58,392 bases of DNA from a virus. Its lineage: Duplodnaviria > Caudoviricetes. Shown here in pieces: positions 36,877-46,900 of this stretch (positions are counted from its first letter, which is position 1; each line of letters starts with the position of its first letter). The stretch lies in the IMG/VR virus record IMGVR_UViG_3300020045_012203, positions 1 through 58,392 of that record; one strand, given 5' to 3'. Under the pieces are notes generated by a model that saw nothing but the letters and a program-made list of their open reading frames with translations, was not told the DNA's origin and searched no databases. The translations under genes and the position numbers were made by a program.

Positions 36877-38190
36877 ATGAAATTACAGAAACCTAAAAAT
36901 CAAAATTATTGCGCCACTATTGTAAGCATTCAAAATATAATTCCATTGGAAGGATGCGACAATGTTGTTGCTACCCGAATTATGGGTAATCAGGTAATAA
37001 TCAGCAAAGATATTCAGATTAGTGATGTTGGTATGTTCTTTCCGGTTGAAACGCAATTGTCCAACGAATACCTATCAGCCAACAACCTTTACCGGAAGGC
37101 TGAAATGAATGTTGATCAAACTCAGAAAGGATATTTTGAGGAAAACGGACGAATTAAATGTATCAAATTTCGTGGGCACAACTCAGAAGGGTTATTTATG
37201 CCATTGAAATCGCTTGCATTTACTTTAGGTGTTTCAATTGACAATTATTCTGGCATATTCAATGAACGTGACGAATTTGACAAGGTAAATAACATTCAGA
37301 TTTGCCAAAAGTACGTTCCAAAATATACGAAGGTTCAGGGTAACCCGAAAGAAAAAACAGCGAAGCAACCCAAAGTATCTAAGATCGTTGAAAATCAGTT
37401 CCGGTTTCACGATGACACCTCTCAGTTGTACAAAAACCTTCATAACATCAACCCTGACGACTTAATTCATATTTCGTATAAGATTCATGGAACTTCGGGT
37501 ATTTCAGCTAAGATTTTATGCAATCGTAAGTTATCTATTGTTGAGAAATTGGCAAAGAACGTCTTTAAGTTGAATATTAACTCAACACTATACGATTACG
37601 TCAATTCAAGCCGAAAGGTGCTTAAAAATGATGATTTGAACCCCAATCCGGCAGGATATTACAATGAAGATATTTGGTCTATTGCCGATAAGGAATTAAG
37701 GCCTTTCTTACTTGATGGGATGACATTATACTACGAGATTGCAGGGTTTATGCCATCTGGCGCGGGTATTCAGGGGGTATTTGACTACGGATGCGAACCC
37801 AAACAGCATAAGATTTTCATTTACCGGATTACAATGACTAATCTATCTGGGAAGGTATTTGAATTTTCTGCCAAACAGGTTCAGGATTGGTGTCGTGATA
37901 ATGGGTTAGTTTCCGTTCCTGAATTATGGTACGGTAAGGCTAAAGACCTAGTTAGTTTTGAAGATACTCTTTCACCAGAAAATTGGAGAGAACATTTTTT
38001 GAGCCATTTGAAATACGTTCACAATGAACATGACTGCTACATCTGTAACAACATTGTGCCGGAAGAAGGCTGTGTGGTTCGTATCGAAGGAATGGGAATC
38101 GAAGCGTATAAATGTAAGTCAACCCGATTTCTTGAATTTGAAACAAAACAATTGGATAAAGGAACGGTTGATATTGAAACAGAGAATTAA
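36877..38190 (+). CDS. RNA ligase (Rnl2/DRB0094-like) with N-terminal OB fold
   Basis: IIPLEGCDN..SEGLFMP N-domain; motif I KIHGTS; YYEIAG; EGCVVR; YKCK. Confidence 0.8.
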   Translation: MKLQKPKNQNYCATIVSIQNIIPLEGCDNVVATRIMGNQVIISKDIQISDVGMFFPVETQLSNEYLSANNLYRKAEMNVDQTQKGYFEENGRIKCIKFRGHNSEGLFMPLKSLAFTLGVSIDNYSGIFNERDEFDKVNNIQICQKYVPKYTKVQGNPKEKTAKQPKVSKIVENQFRFHDDTSQLYKNLHNINPDDLIHISYKIHGTSGISAKILCNRKLSIVEKLAKNVFKLNINSTLYDYVNSSRKVLKNDDLNPNPAGYYNEDIWSIADKELRPFLLDGMTLYYEIAGFMPSGAGIQGVFDYGCEPKQHKIFIYRITMTNLSGKVFEFSAKQVQDWCRDNGLVSVPELWYGKAKDLVSFEDTLSPENWREHFLSHLKYVHNEHDCYICNNIVPEEGCVVRIEGMGIEAYKCKSTRFLEFETKQLDKGTVDIETEN

Positions 38191-38194
38191 GCCT

Positions 38195-38533
38195 ATGATC
38201 CCAACTTCCGACCTCCGCAAAGGCAACCTGATTAAGACCGAATATGGTGTTCTTCCGGTTCATGCTATAATCTTTCAAGAAGTTCAGGTAAAAGGCAAGG
38301 ATGGCCGGATATTGTGGGCGAAAGAGGTTGAAGGGGTTGAGTTGAGCGAAGAAATCATGCACGAATTTAAGTTTGAATTATTTCCATGGGGCTGGGTTAA
38401 AAATAGATTGAGAATTACGCCATTTTATTTTGCTTATAAATCTGATAATGGGTGTTGTAATTTAAAACTTGCCCATGAACTTCAAAATTTATACTACTGG
38501 ATGGAAAGAAAAGAACTAACTTTGAATGAATAA
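38195..38533 (+). CDS. Hypothetical phage protein
   Basis: Likely start MIPTSDLRKGNL; LSEEIMHEFKF..HELQNLYY. Confidence 0.65.
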   Translation: MIPTSDLRKGNLIKTEYGVLPVHAIIFQEVQVKGKDGRILWAKEVEGVELSEEIMHEFKFELFPWGWVKNRLRITPFYFAYKSDNGCCNLKLAHELQNLYYWMERKELTLNE

Positions 38534-38729
38534 AACCCATTCATACCTGTTCGAGCGTTTTAATCGGTCACATTGGCCTTATTATGGGCTTCTTGAAACT
38601 AAATATTATATCGGTGAAAGTTTCGATCAGGATATTAAGGAATTACGCGAAAAAGGAATGATTGAGCCTTGCAAGGGATTAAATGGGTGGCTGATTAAAA
38701 TACTTGACTTTGAAACTAAATGGAATTAA
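38526..38729 (+). CDS. Hypothetical protein
   Basis: Overlaps the upstream stop. Confidence 0.5.
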   Translation: MNKTHSYLFERFNRSHWPYYGLLETKYYIGESFDQDIKELREKGMIEPCKGLNGWLIKILDFETKWN

Positions 38730-38852
38730 AGTAACAATTCGGAAGTATCTGAGCAAAATAACTTACAATCTGTTACACCGACACCGAGCGGAGACAACAG
38801 ATTGTAACAAAACAGTCAAAATTAGTCAGCGCGAAACTCTTGTATGTCTATT

Positions 38853-38884
38853 TAGCCTCAATCCGTCAAGTTGGGGGCTTTTTT
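38853..38884 (+). terminator. Rho-independent terminator
   Basis: AGCCTCAAT...GTTGGGGGCT followed by a T-run. Confidence 0.55.
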
Positions 38885-38963
38885 ATGCCTATGCGCTTAA
38901 ATAAAATCTATTTTAATCAGGAATATCATAGAACAAATCTATTTTATAGAAATCTAAATAGAT

Positions 38964-40838
38964 TTGATGAGCGAAGAAGCCACGATAGAAAAAAAACCAG
39001 TTGATATAAAGCACAAGCAACAGCTTGCCATTAAGACGATGAACGATTTCACCTATTCGCTTCTGTATGGTGGTAGTAGGTCTGGAAAGTCGTTCATTAT
39101 CATGTTTATGATGCTAATTACGGCCAATAAATACAAGTGTCGTCAGCTTATCGTTCGTTTCCACTTCACCGATGTAAAAAAGTCAATCATTCACGAAACC
39201 CTGCCTGAAGTTGCCGCGATGTTGGGGATAACTTACCACTTAAATCAACAAGACTGGTTTATTACCCTTCCAAACGGTGCCGAAATATGGTTTGGTGGTA
39301 TCGACGAAGGCCGGGGGCTTGACCGTGTTCTTGGTAAACAATACCTGAATATTTGGTTTAATGAGGCTTCGGACATTGCTTACGATGCTTATACTACGGT
39401 TTTAACCCGACTTGCTGAACGTGTTTTGCGGATTGACCGTAACGCAAAGCCTGTTTATAAGAAAAAACCGGACGGAACATGGTTGTTGACCGAAAAGGGC
39501 GGTAAGATACGCGATGAAGTACGAAACCATGCCTTTATTGACGAAAACCCACCGAAAAAGAGTCATTGGACATACAAACTGTTCTTCGATAACATTGAGC
39601 CCGAAAGCCGGACTTTGCTTGATAATGCCGATGAATATGGGGTGATGCAACTCAACCCTGGCGATAATGCCGAAAACATATCCGAAGGATACCTGAAACG
39701 ACTGGAAGCCATGCCGCCAAAGCAACGAAAACGCTTCTTATTGGGTGAGTTCTCCGATGATATTTCCGGTGCGTTGTTCACCGAGGCTTGCATCAACCGA
39801 AACAGGCGAATACAACATCCATATCTCAAACAAGTGGTTATTTCTATTGACCCGGCCACCACATCAAAATCAACTTCTGACGAAACCGGAATAACGGTTG
39901 AAGGTAAAGATGAAAATGACCGTGGGTATTTACTCGAAGACAGGTCCGGAATCTATAAGCCGAATGAATGGGCTGAAATTGCCGTTAAACTTTTCTTCAA
40001 ATGGGATGCTGATTTTATTGTGGCCGAAATTAATCAGGGTGGTGAAATGGTTAAGGCTACGATAAACAATCACAACCGAAACGTCCCGGTTAAAACTGTT
40101 CATGCCACCAAAGGTAAGATGCTTCGTGCTGAACCGATTTCATTTTTGTATGAAGAGGACCTGATTAGTCATGTTGGGGCGTTCCCTGATGCTGAGGATG
40201 AAATGGTAAGCTTTACTGGTGCCGAAGGTGAAAAGAGTCCGAATAGGCTTGATTCCATCGTCCACGGCTTTACGTTCCTGTTCCCTGTTGGTAAATCTGC
40301 CGAAGCAGAATATTTCAACCGCGATAAAGTGAGGTATTTTGAAAAGATTAACCTGGCTGATGGTGAAAACATAGGCTACATCAATATTTCCGATTCCGAT
40401 AATTATTCGTTCACCATGCTTTGCCTGAAAATTAAGGACAAAAAAGTATTCCAGACCGAAGTACTTTTTAACGACTATATGCCTTCCGGTAATATCAAGG
40501 CAATAACCGACATGATTTCCAGAAATTCACTCGAAACGGTATTTGTCGAATGTTCCATGGCTTATTCGCCTTTTGTGCGCGAATTGAACTCGTTGGATTT
40601 AACAACCATTCGCGGGGTTAAGGCCATGCCTGAAGAAGAAAACCGGATCTTGATTGAATCAAATTTTATTGTTGAAAAATTCCTATTCCTGAAAGAACCT
40701 GAATCAATCCAATACAAGGATTTCATGCGCCAGCTTCATTCCTATACCTCAGTTTCCGAAAAAGATGAACGTTTCGCACCGGCGGCACTGGCCGGAATAA
40801 GCAAAATACTGAAAAAGTTATATCAAGATAATTTATGA
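38964..40838 (+). CDS. Terminase large subunit with a C-terminal extension
   Basis: YGGSRSGKS (Walker A); IWFNEA (Walker B); ISIDPA..SDETG..SPNRLDS nuclease motifs. Confidence 0.9.
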   Translation: MMSEEATIEKKPVDIKHKQQLAIKTMNDFTYSLLYGGSRSGKSFIIMFMMLITANKYKCRQLIVRFHFTDVKKSIIHETLPEVAAMLGITYHLNQQDWFITLPNGAEIWFGGIDEGRGLDRVLGKQYLNIWFNEASDIAYDAYTTVLTRLAERVLRIDRNAKPVYKKKPDGTWLLTEKGGKIRDEVRNHAFIDENPPKKSHWTYKLFFDNIEPESRTLLDNADEYGVMQLNPGDNAENISEGYLKRLEAMPPKQRKRFLLGEFSDDISGALFTEACINRNRRIQHPYLKQVVISIDPATTSKSTSDETGITVEGKDENDRGYLLEDRSGIYKPNEWAEIAVKLFFKWDADFIVAEINQGGEMVKATINNHNRNVPVKTVHATKGKMLRAEPISFLYEEDLISHVGAFPDAEDEMVSFTGAEGEKSPNRLDSIVHGFTFLFPVGKSAEAEYFNRDKVRYFEKINLADGENIGYINISDSDNYSFTMLCLKIKDKKVFQTEVLFNDYMPSGNIKAITDMISRNSLETVFVECSMAYSPFVRELNSLDLTTIRGVKAMPEEENRILIESNFIVEKFLFLKEPESIQYKDFMRQLHSYTSVSEKDERFAPAALAGISKILKKLYQDNL

Positions 40839-41626
40839 TTAGAACAGACATAAGTAGTGAACATTTAGGCGACTGTCTGGAATTAATGCCATTAATTACA
40901 TGCAAAAGCATTGATATGATATTGTGCGATTTGCCGTATGGAGTACTCAATAAATCCAATGCTTCTGCCAAATGGGATTCAGTCATTCCATTTGATTTAT
41001 TGTGGAATCAATATGAGCGAATTATCAAAGATAATGGTATTATCGTATTAACTTCTCAAGGCTTATTTACCTCAGACCTAATGTTGAGTAATCGGAAGTT
41101 GTGGCGATATAATTTAATTTGGAAGAAAGGCAATCGAACAAGTGGGTTTTTAAATGCAAATAGGCAACCGATGAGAAACCATGAAGATATTTGTATCTTT
41201 TATAAAAGTCTAGGTACATATAACCCACAAATGACTGTTGGTGAGAAAAATCACACGCGAGGTCATGGTAAGAATAATAAAAATGGATGTTATGGCGTTC
41301 ATAAATTCATCTCAGGAGATATACCTACAAATGAAAAATTTCCAATTTCAATTATTGACATAGATAAAGAACATCCCCAAATTCACCCCACTCAAAAACC
41401 AGTCGCTCTTTTTGAATACCTCATCCGCACCTACACCAACGAGGGCGAAACCGTCCTAGATAACACTGCTGGAGTTTTCACAACAGCCATTGCTTGCCTG
41501 AATACCAATCGAAATTATATTGTAATGGAAAAGGAGCAGGAATATTTCGATAAAGGTATAAAGCGGATAAAAGAACATAAAAGCAATAAAATGCAGTCAA
41601 TAAATTTTGAACTTGTAAATAGATAA
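40835..41626 (+). CDS. Beta-class N4C/N6A DNA methyltransferase
   Basis: ILCDLPYG; HPTQKPVALFEYLIRTYTNEGETVLDN. Confidence 0.9.
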   Translation: MIRTDISSEHLGDCLELMPLITCKSIDMILCDLPYGVLNKSNASAKWDSVIPFDLLWNQYERIIKDNGIIVLTSQGLFTSDLMLSNRKLWRYNLIWKKGNRTSGFLNANRQPMRNHEDICIFYKSLGTYNPQMTVGEKNHTRGHGKNNKNGCYGVHKFISGDIPTNEKFPISIIDIDKEHPQIHPTQKPVALFEYLIRTYTNEGETVLDNTAGVFTTAIACLNTNRNYIVMEKEQEYFDKGIKRIKEHKSNKMQSINFELVNR

Positions 41627-41702
41627 ATTCTATGAAAAATAAAAATATTCTATATTTTATTGATGTATTGAAATTTTTATTTGAATAATTCAATCAAAGA
41701 AA

Positions 41703-43151
41703 ATGGGATTTCACGAAGATTTTGACTTATCAAAAGAAGAAATAGAAAAAAGAGATGCGATAAAATCAGAAATGCTTACAGGCTCACTGATGATTGGAAA
41801 CTCCTTTGTTCCTCCTGAATTATTAAAATTTGTCAGAAGTGCCGAATGGGTTGATTTGTCCAATTTGTATGTCATCTATATGAATAATCCCATTCTGTAT
41901 GCCGCTCTTTCGATCAATGCCAAATACCTTTCGAGCGTGGATATTCGGGTTCGAAACATCAAAACAGGAGAGATTTACAGCAAGCAGAACATGCGCGAAG
42001 GAAAAATAACAGATCCCATCGCCAAAAAAATGTTCGATCTTATTTCGATGCCAAATCCGCTTCAGTCAACGGTTGAGTTTTTGTCTTTAAATTCAATAAC
42101 GCACGACCTTTACGGTAATTCATTTATCCGTGGAAATTTCGCCTTTGATCGGTTTGACATTAAGAATATAGCCACGCTTTATAACCTGTGGCCTCAGTTC
42201 GTAAAACCAATAATGACAGGCAAATTTTTAAATGCTTTGACGCTGGGCGACATTGTTAAAAATTGGGAATACACACTTATTTCGAACGATAATACAAGAT
42301 TCTTTGCTCCGGATGAGATTTTGCACCGTAAGGAGCCGAATTTAACTTACCAGACCCCTGAGGATATTATTCTGGGTAAAAGCCGGGTTATTCCGCTTCA
42401 AAAACCACTTTCAAATATCACGCTGGCCTACGAAACGCGAAATGTAATTGCCAAAGAACGAGGTATGCGGGTAATTATCAGTTCCGATAACAAAGATGCT
42501 CAGTTGGGTAATGTGCCAATGACTCCAAAGGAACAGGATAAACTTCAGGCAGCATTCAAGGCAAAATACGGAACACTCGAAGGTCAAAACCAGTTCCATT
42601 TTTCGCCTTTTGCCATCAAGGTTGATCAGATCGATCAGGATATTCGCAAGCTGGGTATTCTCGAAGAAATTGGAATGGATGCGCTTGCCGTTTGTAACAC
42701 CTACAATATTCCAATCGAATTGCTTAAAATGTTCCTTCAGGGGGCTACTTACGAGAATCAGGGAGCCAGCGACCGCCGTATGTACCAGACCAATGCCATT
42801 CCCCGCGCTGCCGACCTGCTGGATGACATTAACAACTGGCTTCAAACCCGAAAATATGGTTTTGAATACGTGCCTGACTGGTCACACATCGCAGTATTGA
42901 AACAGGACCATAAAGAGCAATCGCTAATCGACCGCAATGAATCATTTGTTGCCCGCGAAGCATTCTTGGCCGGAGCAATAACCTATAACCAATGGTTTAA
43001 ACGATTGGGTTGGGAAGAATCAACCGAACCGTGGGCGAACAAACGAATTACCGAAATGACAGACCGTGAAATACAAATCATTTCAGGCCGAAACTTAATG
43101 ATGGCACAAAATGCCAATCCTGAAACACCCGATTCATCAAGTCAAATTTAA
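41703..43151 (+). CDS. Portal protein (HK97-like)
   Basis: PNPLQS, LYGNSF, EILH, GKS, YNIPIELL and TYEN motifs. Confidence 0.85.
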   Translation: MGFHEDFDLSKEEIEKRDAIKSEMLTGSLMIGNSFVPPELLKFVRSAEWVDLSNLYVIYMNNPILYAALSINAKYLSSVDIRVRNIKTGEIYSKQNMREGKITDPIAKKMFDLISMPNPLQSTVEFLSLNSITHDLYGNSFIRGNFAFDRFDIKNIATLYNLWPQFVKPIMTGKFLNALTLGDIVKNWEYTLISNDNTRFFAPDEILHRKEPNLTYQTPEDIILGKSRVIPLQKPLSNITLAYETRNVIAKERGMRVIISSDNKDAQLGNVPMTPKEQDKLQAAFKAKYGTLEGQNQFHFSPFAIKVDQIDQDIRKLGILEEIGMDALAVCNTYNIPIELLKMFLQGATYENQGASDRRMYQTNAIPRAADLLDDINNWLQTRKYGFEYVPDWSHIAVLKQDHKEQSLIDRNESFVAREAFLAGAITYNQWFKRLGWEESTEPWANKRITEMTDREIQIISGRNLMMAQNANPETPDSSSQI

Positions 43152-43156
43152 CAGCC

Positions 43157-43270
43157 ATGCCAAAAGAAACAAAAGATAAAGACCAAAAGAAAATTGATCT
43201 GGAAGCCTATAAAAAACTGGTCAAAGAGAAAAATAAGCAAGTGAATACGCACAACATAATTCATAAGTAA
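43157..43270 (+). CDS. Small basic protein (37 aa)
   Basis: MPKETKDKDQKK...; fills the portal-protease gap. Confidence 0.4.
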   Translation: MPKETKDKDQKKIDLEAYKKLVKEKNKQVNTHNIIHK

Positions 43271-43271
43271 A

Positions 43272-44132
43272 ATGGAATATCCAACATTCAATACCCAAAA
43301 AGAATTGTTCGACTTTCTGGTTGCCAATAAAAGTTTACTGGTCACCCAAAAGAAAGCACAGATGAAATGTGCTGATGCTATTGTGTTTCAGCCTGAAATT
43401 CTGGCCGGAAAACCTAATGTGAATAAGGATGATTCCGGAGAAGATGTTACCGACATGCCAGATGGAACTGATAAAGACTTGTTGGCAAAATTGGTTATCA
43501 ATACGACAAATCTCATCGACTCTCACATGGACATGCACTTGGACGGATTGTGGAAAAAGAGCCTGAAAGAGAATAAAATGATCATGCACCTTCAGGAACA
43601 CGCCATGAAATTCGACCATGTTATTTCCGATGGTACTGAATTGAAAGCATATTCCAAAACCTACTCATGGAAAGAATTAGGGTACGACTATGAAGGTTCT
43701 ACCGAAGCGTTGGTTTTCGAATCTACCATCAAAAAAGACCGCAATGAGTTCATGTTTGAACAGTACAAAAAGGGATATGTAAAGAATCATTCCGTTGGTA
43801 TGCGATACATCTCATTAGTCATGTGCATCAACGATAAAGATTACGGTGCCGAATACGAAGCATGGCAGAAATATTACCCGCTTGCAGTGAATCCGGAGGT
43901 TGCCGATGATCGCGGGTATTTTTGGGTAGTTAAAGAAGCTCAGGTTATCGAAGGATCAGCCGTATTACGTGGCTCAAACTACGCCACCCCAACATTATCA
44001 GTTGAAGAATCAAAGAATCAGCCGCCATTTGGCACTGATAAAACAAATAAAGAAGCCGAAACAGAAGCCGTCAGCGACACTTCCATTGGCAAAATTGATT
44101 ACAAGTTTTTACTCACAAATTTAAAAAAGTAA
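43272..44132 (+). CDS. Prohead protease
   Basis: IDSHMD, HLQEH, HSVGMRY and IEGSAV motifs; lies between portal and capsid genes. Confidence 0.8.
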   Translation: MEYPTFNTQKELFDFLVANKSLLVTQKKAQMKCADAIVFQPEILAGKPNVNKDDSGEDVTDMPDGTDKDLLAKLVINTTNLIDSHMDMHLDGLWKKSLKENKMIMHLQEHAMKFDHVISDGTELKAYSKTYSWKELGYDYEGSTEALVFESTIKKDRNEFMFEQYKKGYVKNHSVGMRYISLVMCINDKDYGAEYEAWQKYYPLAVNPEVADDRGYFWVVKEAQVIEGSAVLRGSNYATPTLSVEESKNQPPFGTDKTNKEAETEAVSDTSIGKIDYKFLLTNLKK

Positions 44133-44134
44133 CA

Positions 44135-45463
44135 ATGGAAGAAAAAGAAGCATTGCTTGTCGAAATCAAGCAAATGATCACTGACTCCGCAAAAGATTCA
44201 GTAAAAAAGGCTGACGTTGAAGCCCAGGTAAAAAACATCAACGACCAGATCACTAAAATGAATCTGGATAACGAAGGTTTGAAAGCTCTTAAAGCATCCG
44301 TTGACCAATTGGTTCAGGACGTTAATACTACTTCACTTCAGGTTAAATCTTTGAAAGAAGAAGGCGTGAACGTGAAAAACGCCGCTGCAAAAACATTCCG
44401 CGATGTGATGGAAGCTGCTATCATGGAAAAGAAAGAAAACGTTTTAACCGAAGTGACCGACACTTACGGAAAACGCCTTTCTCTGAAAGAGTTCTTCGAA
44501 AAGAACGGTAGCCGTGCATCGACTCCTGAATTTATTCTGAAAGATGCCGTTGACATGTTGCAGTCTGCAATCGTAGGCAATTATGTTGCCAACATTCGTC
44601 AGACTGAACTTGATGCCAACCGGGTAAGTATTCCTTTGGCTATCTATCCACACGTTATTAACGTGCTTCCAAAGAAACGTATCAGCAAGCCAAGCATGGC
44701 AATGTTGGTTGTTTACACATACGTTGATGGTTCAGGCGTTAAAACTGAAGGTTCAGCATCTGCCAAATCAAGCTTCCTGTTCAAAACAGTTAGTTTCCCT
44801 GCTTTCACCATTGCAACTTATTTCACTTTGTCTGACGAAACTCTGGACGATTTACAAGAAGCATTGGACGAAATCTACTTGGTTGCTCCTGACGCTATCA
44901 ACGACAGGATTGATGCTGCTATCTTGACCGCTGCCGGTGATGATTCAAGTGCCATCAAAGGATTGTTTGCTGCTGCCAAAAGTACCGCTTTTGTTCCTGC
45001 CAATTATGCTGATTTTGCTGAAAATGCAACCATCGTTGACCTTATCGCTGCAATGAAATTGCAATGCGAAGCCGGAAGATATATTCCAAACGTTGTTTGG
45101 TTGAATCCTGTAAGCGTTGCTAAGATTTCTGCTCTGAAAAATGCAATGGCCGATTCTGTTCAGGATCGTAGGATTGTATTTGGCGCATTTGGTGAACCTA
45201 TCTCTATCGATGGTTTAACTATCCTGAAAAATACCAATGTAGGTGCTGATGCTGTTGCTGTTGGTAAATTAAGCACTCAGTTGCTTGGTATCCGCAAGGA
45301 CATGACCATGGAAATTGGCTACAACGGAACCGACTTCGTTGAAGGACAGAAAACTGTTGTTATCAAAACCAGAGTTGCCTTTGGTGTACGCGATGCTTTG
45401 GCTACCATTTACACAGCCACCGCAACTGCCGACATTTCTTCAATCAGTATAACTTCTGCATAA
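44135..45463 (+). CDS. Major capsid protein (HK97 fold, with N-terminal scaffold)
   Basis: N-terminal coiled coil; KTEGSA, LSDETLDD and IKGL; gene position. Confidence 0.85.
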   Translation: MEEKEALLVEIKQMITDSAKDSVKKADVEAQVKNINDQITKMNLDNEGLKALKASVDQLVQDVNTTSLQVKSLKEEGVNVKNAAAKTFRDVMEAAIMEKKENVLTEVTDTYGKRLSLKEFFEKNGSRASTPEFILKDAVDMLQSAIVGNYVANIRQTELDANRVSIPLAIYPHVINVLPKKRISKPSMAMLVVYTYVDGSGVKTEGSASAKSSFLFKTVSFPAFTIATYFTLSDETLDDLQEALDEIYLVAPDAINDRIDAAILTAAGDDSSAIKGLFAAAKSTAFVPANYADFAENATIVDLIAAMKLQCEAGRYIPNVVWLNPVSVAKISALKNAMADSVQDRRIVFGAFGEPISIDGLTILKNTNVGADAVAVGKLSTQLLGIRKDMTMEIGYNGTDFVEGQKTVVIKTRVAFGVRDALATIYTATATADISSISITSA

Positions 45464-45465
45464 TT

Positions 45466-45903
45466 ATGAAAAAGTTTATTTTCATACTGGTATTTGGGCT
45501 GATAGCAACATTTGCTAACGCTCAATTGGCAACATTCGATTGCAGCACTCCGAAAACAAGCGTTGAAACTCAGACGGCCTATACCCTGACGAATACAACT
45601 GCCGGATATGTACTGTTTAATGCTCCACAGCATTACACAACTACTCAGGATTTCACGGTTACCTTTCACAAGGCAAGCGGAACACCTACGCGGGTAAATA
45701 TAGTTCTGTATGGTCAGAAAACTGCTGACACTCCATGGGTTTCAATAGCTACCGGATTTTGGAAGGTTACAACCGCTGATACAGTAATGACACTTAGTAA
45801 CGCAACGGCAAATAGGTATCGAAATTATAAAGCTCTCTATACCCCTGATGGCACTGGTGTTTCTACGATCACAAAACAGGTATTCAAACTTTATTTACAG
45901 TAA
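45466..45903 (+). CDS. Capsid-adjacent beta-rich protein with a signal peptide
   Basis: MKKFIFILVFGLIATFANAQ; starts 2 nt after the capsid stop. Confidence 0.7.
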   Translation: MKKFIFILVFGLIATFANAQLATFDCSTPKTSVETQTAYTLTNTTAGYVLFNAPQHYTTTQDFTVTFHKASGTPTRVNIVLYGQKTADTPWVSIATGFWKVTTADTVMTLSNATANRYRNYKALYTPDGTGVSTITKQVFKLYLQ

Positions 45904-45904
45904 G

Positions 45905-46225
45905 GTGAAAGCTAAACTGAAAAATGGCTCAATAGTAACCGGAAGGCTGGCAGAAATATTTGTCGGCCTGAAGGTTGCCAATTGGATTCCAGAGGAACAG
46001 CCAACAGAAACAAACGAAGAAGATTCAATTTCAGAATCTGATTTAGATACCGAAACAGAAGAAACTTTGGATGAAATTACTCAGGATGAACAGGTAGTTG
46101 AAGAAGCCGAGGCGAAAGAAGAACCTGTAATTTCTGAAGTAAAACCAATTAAAGCCAAAGTATCAGTTCCTAAAAAAGCTAAGGTATCGGTTAAAAAAGC
46201 AGGACGACCAAAAGTTAAAAAGTAA
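45905..46225 (+). CDS. Small acidic/Lys-rich head-module protein
   Basis: GTG 45905 right after the upstream stop, in frame with ORF 45848; ends KKAGRPKVKK. Confidence 0.55.
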   Translation: MKAKLKNGSIVTGRLAEIFVGLKVANWIPEEQPTETNEEDSISESDLDTETEETLDEITQDEQVVEEAEAKEEPVISEVKPIKAKVSVPKKAKVSVKKAGRPKVKK

Positions 46226-46228
46226 GCG

Positions 46229-46900
46229 ATGAGTTTTATTGACACGACATATTTTGTGAGGGATTTAAATGTTCCAATCAGTTCAACGTCTGGTTTTAAC
46301 AGCACATTGATTGACTACATAAGCAAGTACGAGCCCGAAGCATTAAAACTGCTTTTAGGCTATTCTTTGTACAAAGAGTTGATTACTGCCGTTGCTGCCT
46401 ACGATCTGGCTATGGAGGACTACGATAGTGCAATGTTGACTTACGACCCCGAAACGGACGAGCCATTGGTTATTCCTGTTTTGGAAAGTAGGTTTGATAA
46501 GCTTATCAATGGTTCTGAATTTAGCTTTGAACTGAACGGTGAAACAATTACCGAATATTGGCCGGGATTTAAAAACTCCGACAAATCATCTTTGATTGCC
46601 AATTACGTTTATTTCAACTACCGGAGAGATAATGTCAGTCAATTTAACGGACTCAGTGAAACGGTATCGTACAGCGAAAATTCAAGATCGATTAATCCGG
46701 GTGCTAAGATTGTCAGTGTTTGGAATGGGTTTGTTGACAAGATGGGCGAATGTTCTTTTTTTGCTTACATCATCAATAATTCATCATACGTCCATTTTGA
46801 TAGCTTACCGTCTGCTTACAATTTCCTGCTTGCTAATTTAGCCGATTATCCGAGTTGGAAGTTTACTCCACAGCAAAAAATTAATACCTGGGGATTATGA
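46229..46900 (+). CDS. Head-tail adaptor (putative)
   Basis: Position; MSFIDTTYF..YEPEAL..LLG..LY, SLIANYVYF. Confidence 0.6.
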   Translation: MSFIDTTYFVRDLNVPISSTSGFNSTLIDYISKYEPEALKLLLGYSLYKELITAVAAYDLAMEDYDSAMLTYDPETDEPLVIPVLESRFDKLINGSEFSFELNGETITEYWPGFKNSDKSSLIANYVYFNYRRDNVSQFNGLSETVSYSENSRSINPGAKIVSVWNGFVDKMGECSFFAYIINNSSYVHFDSLPSAYNFLLANLADYPSWKFTPQQKINTWGL

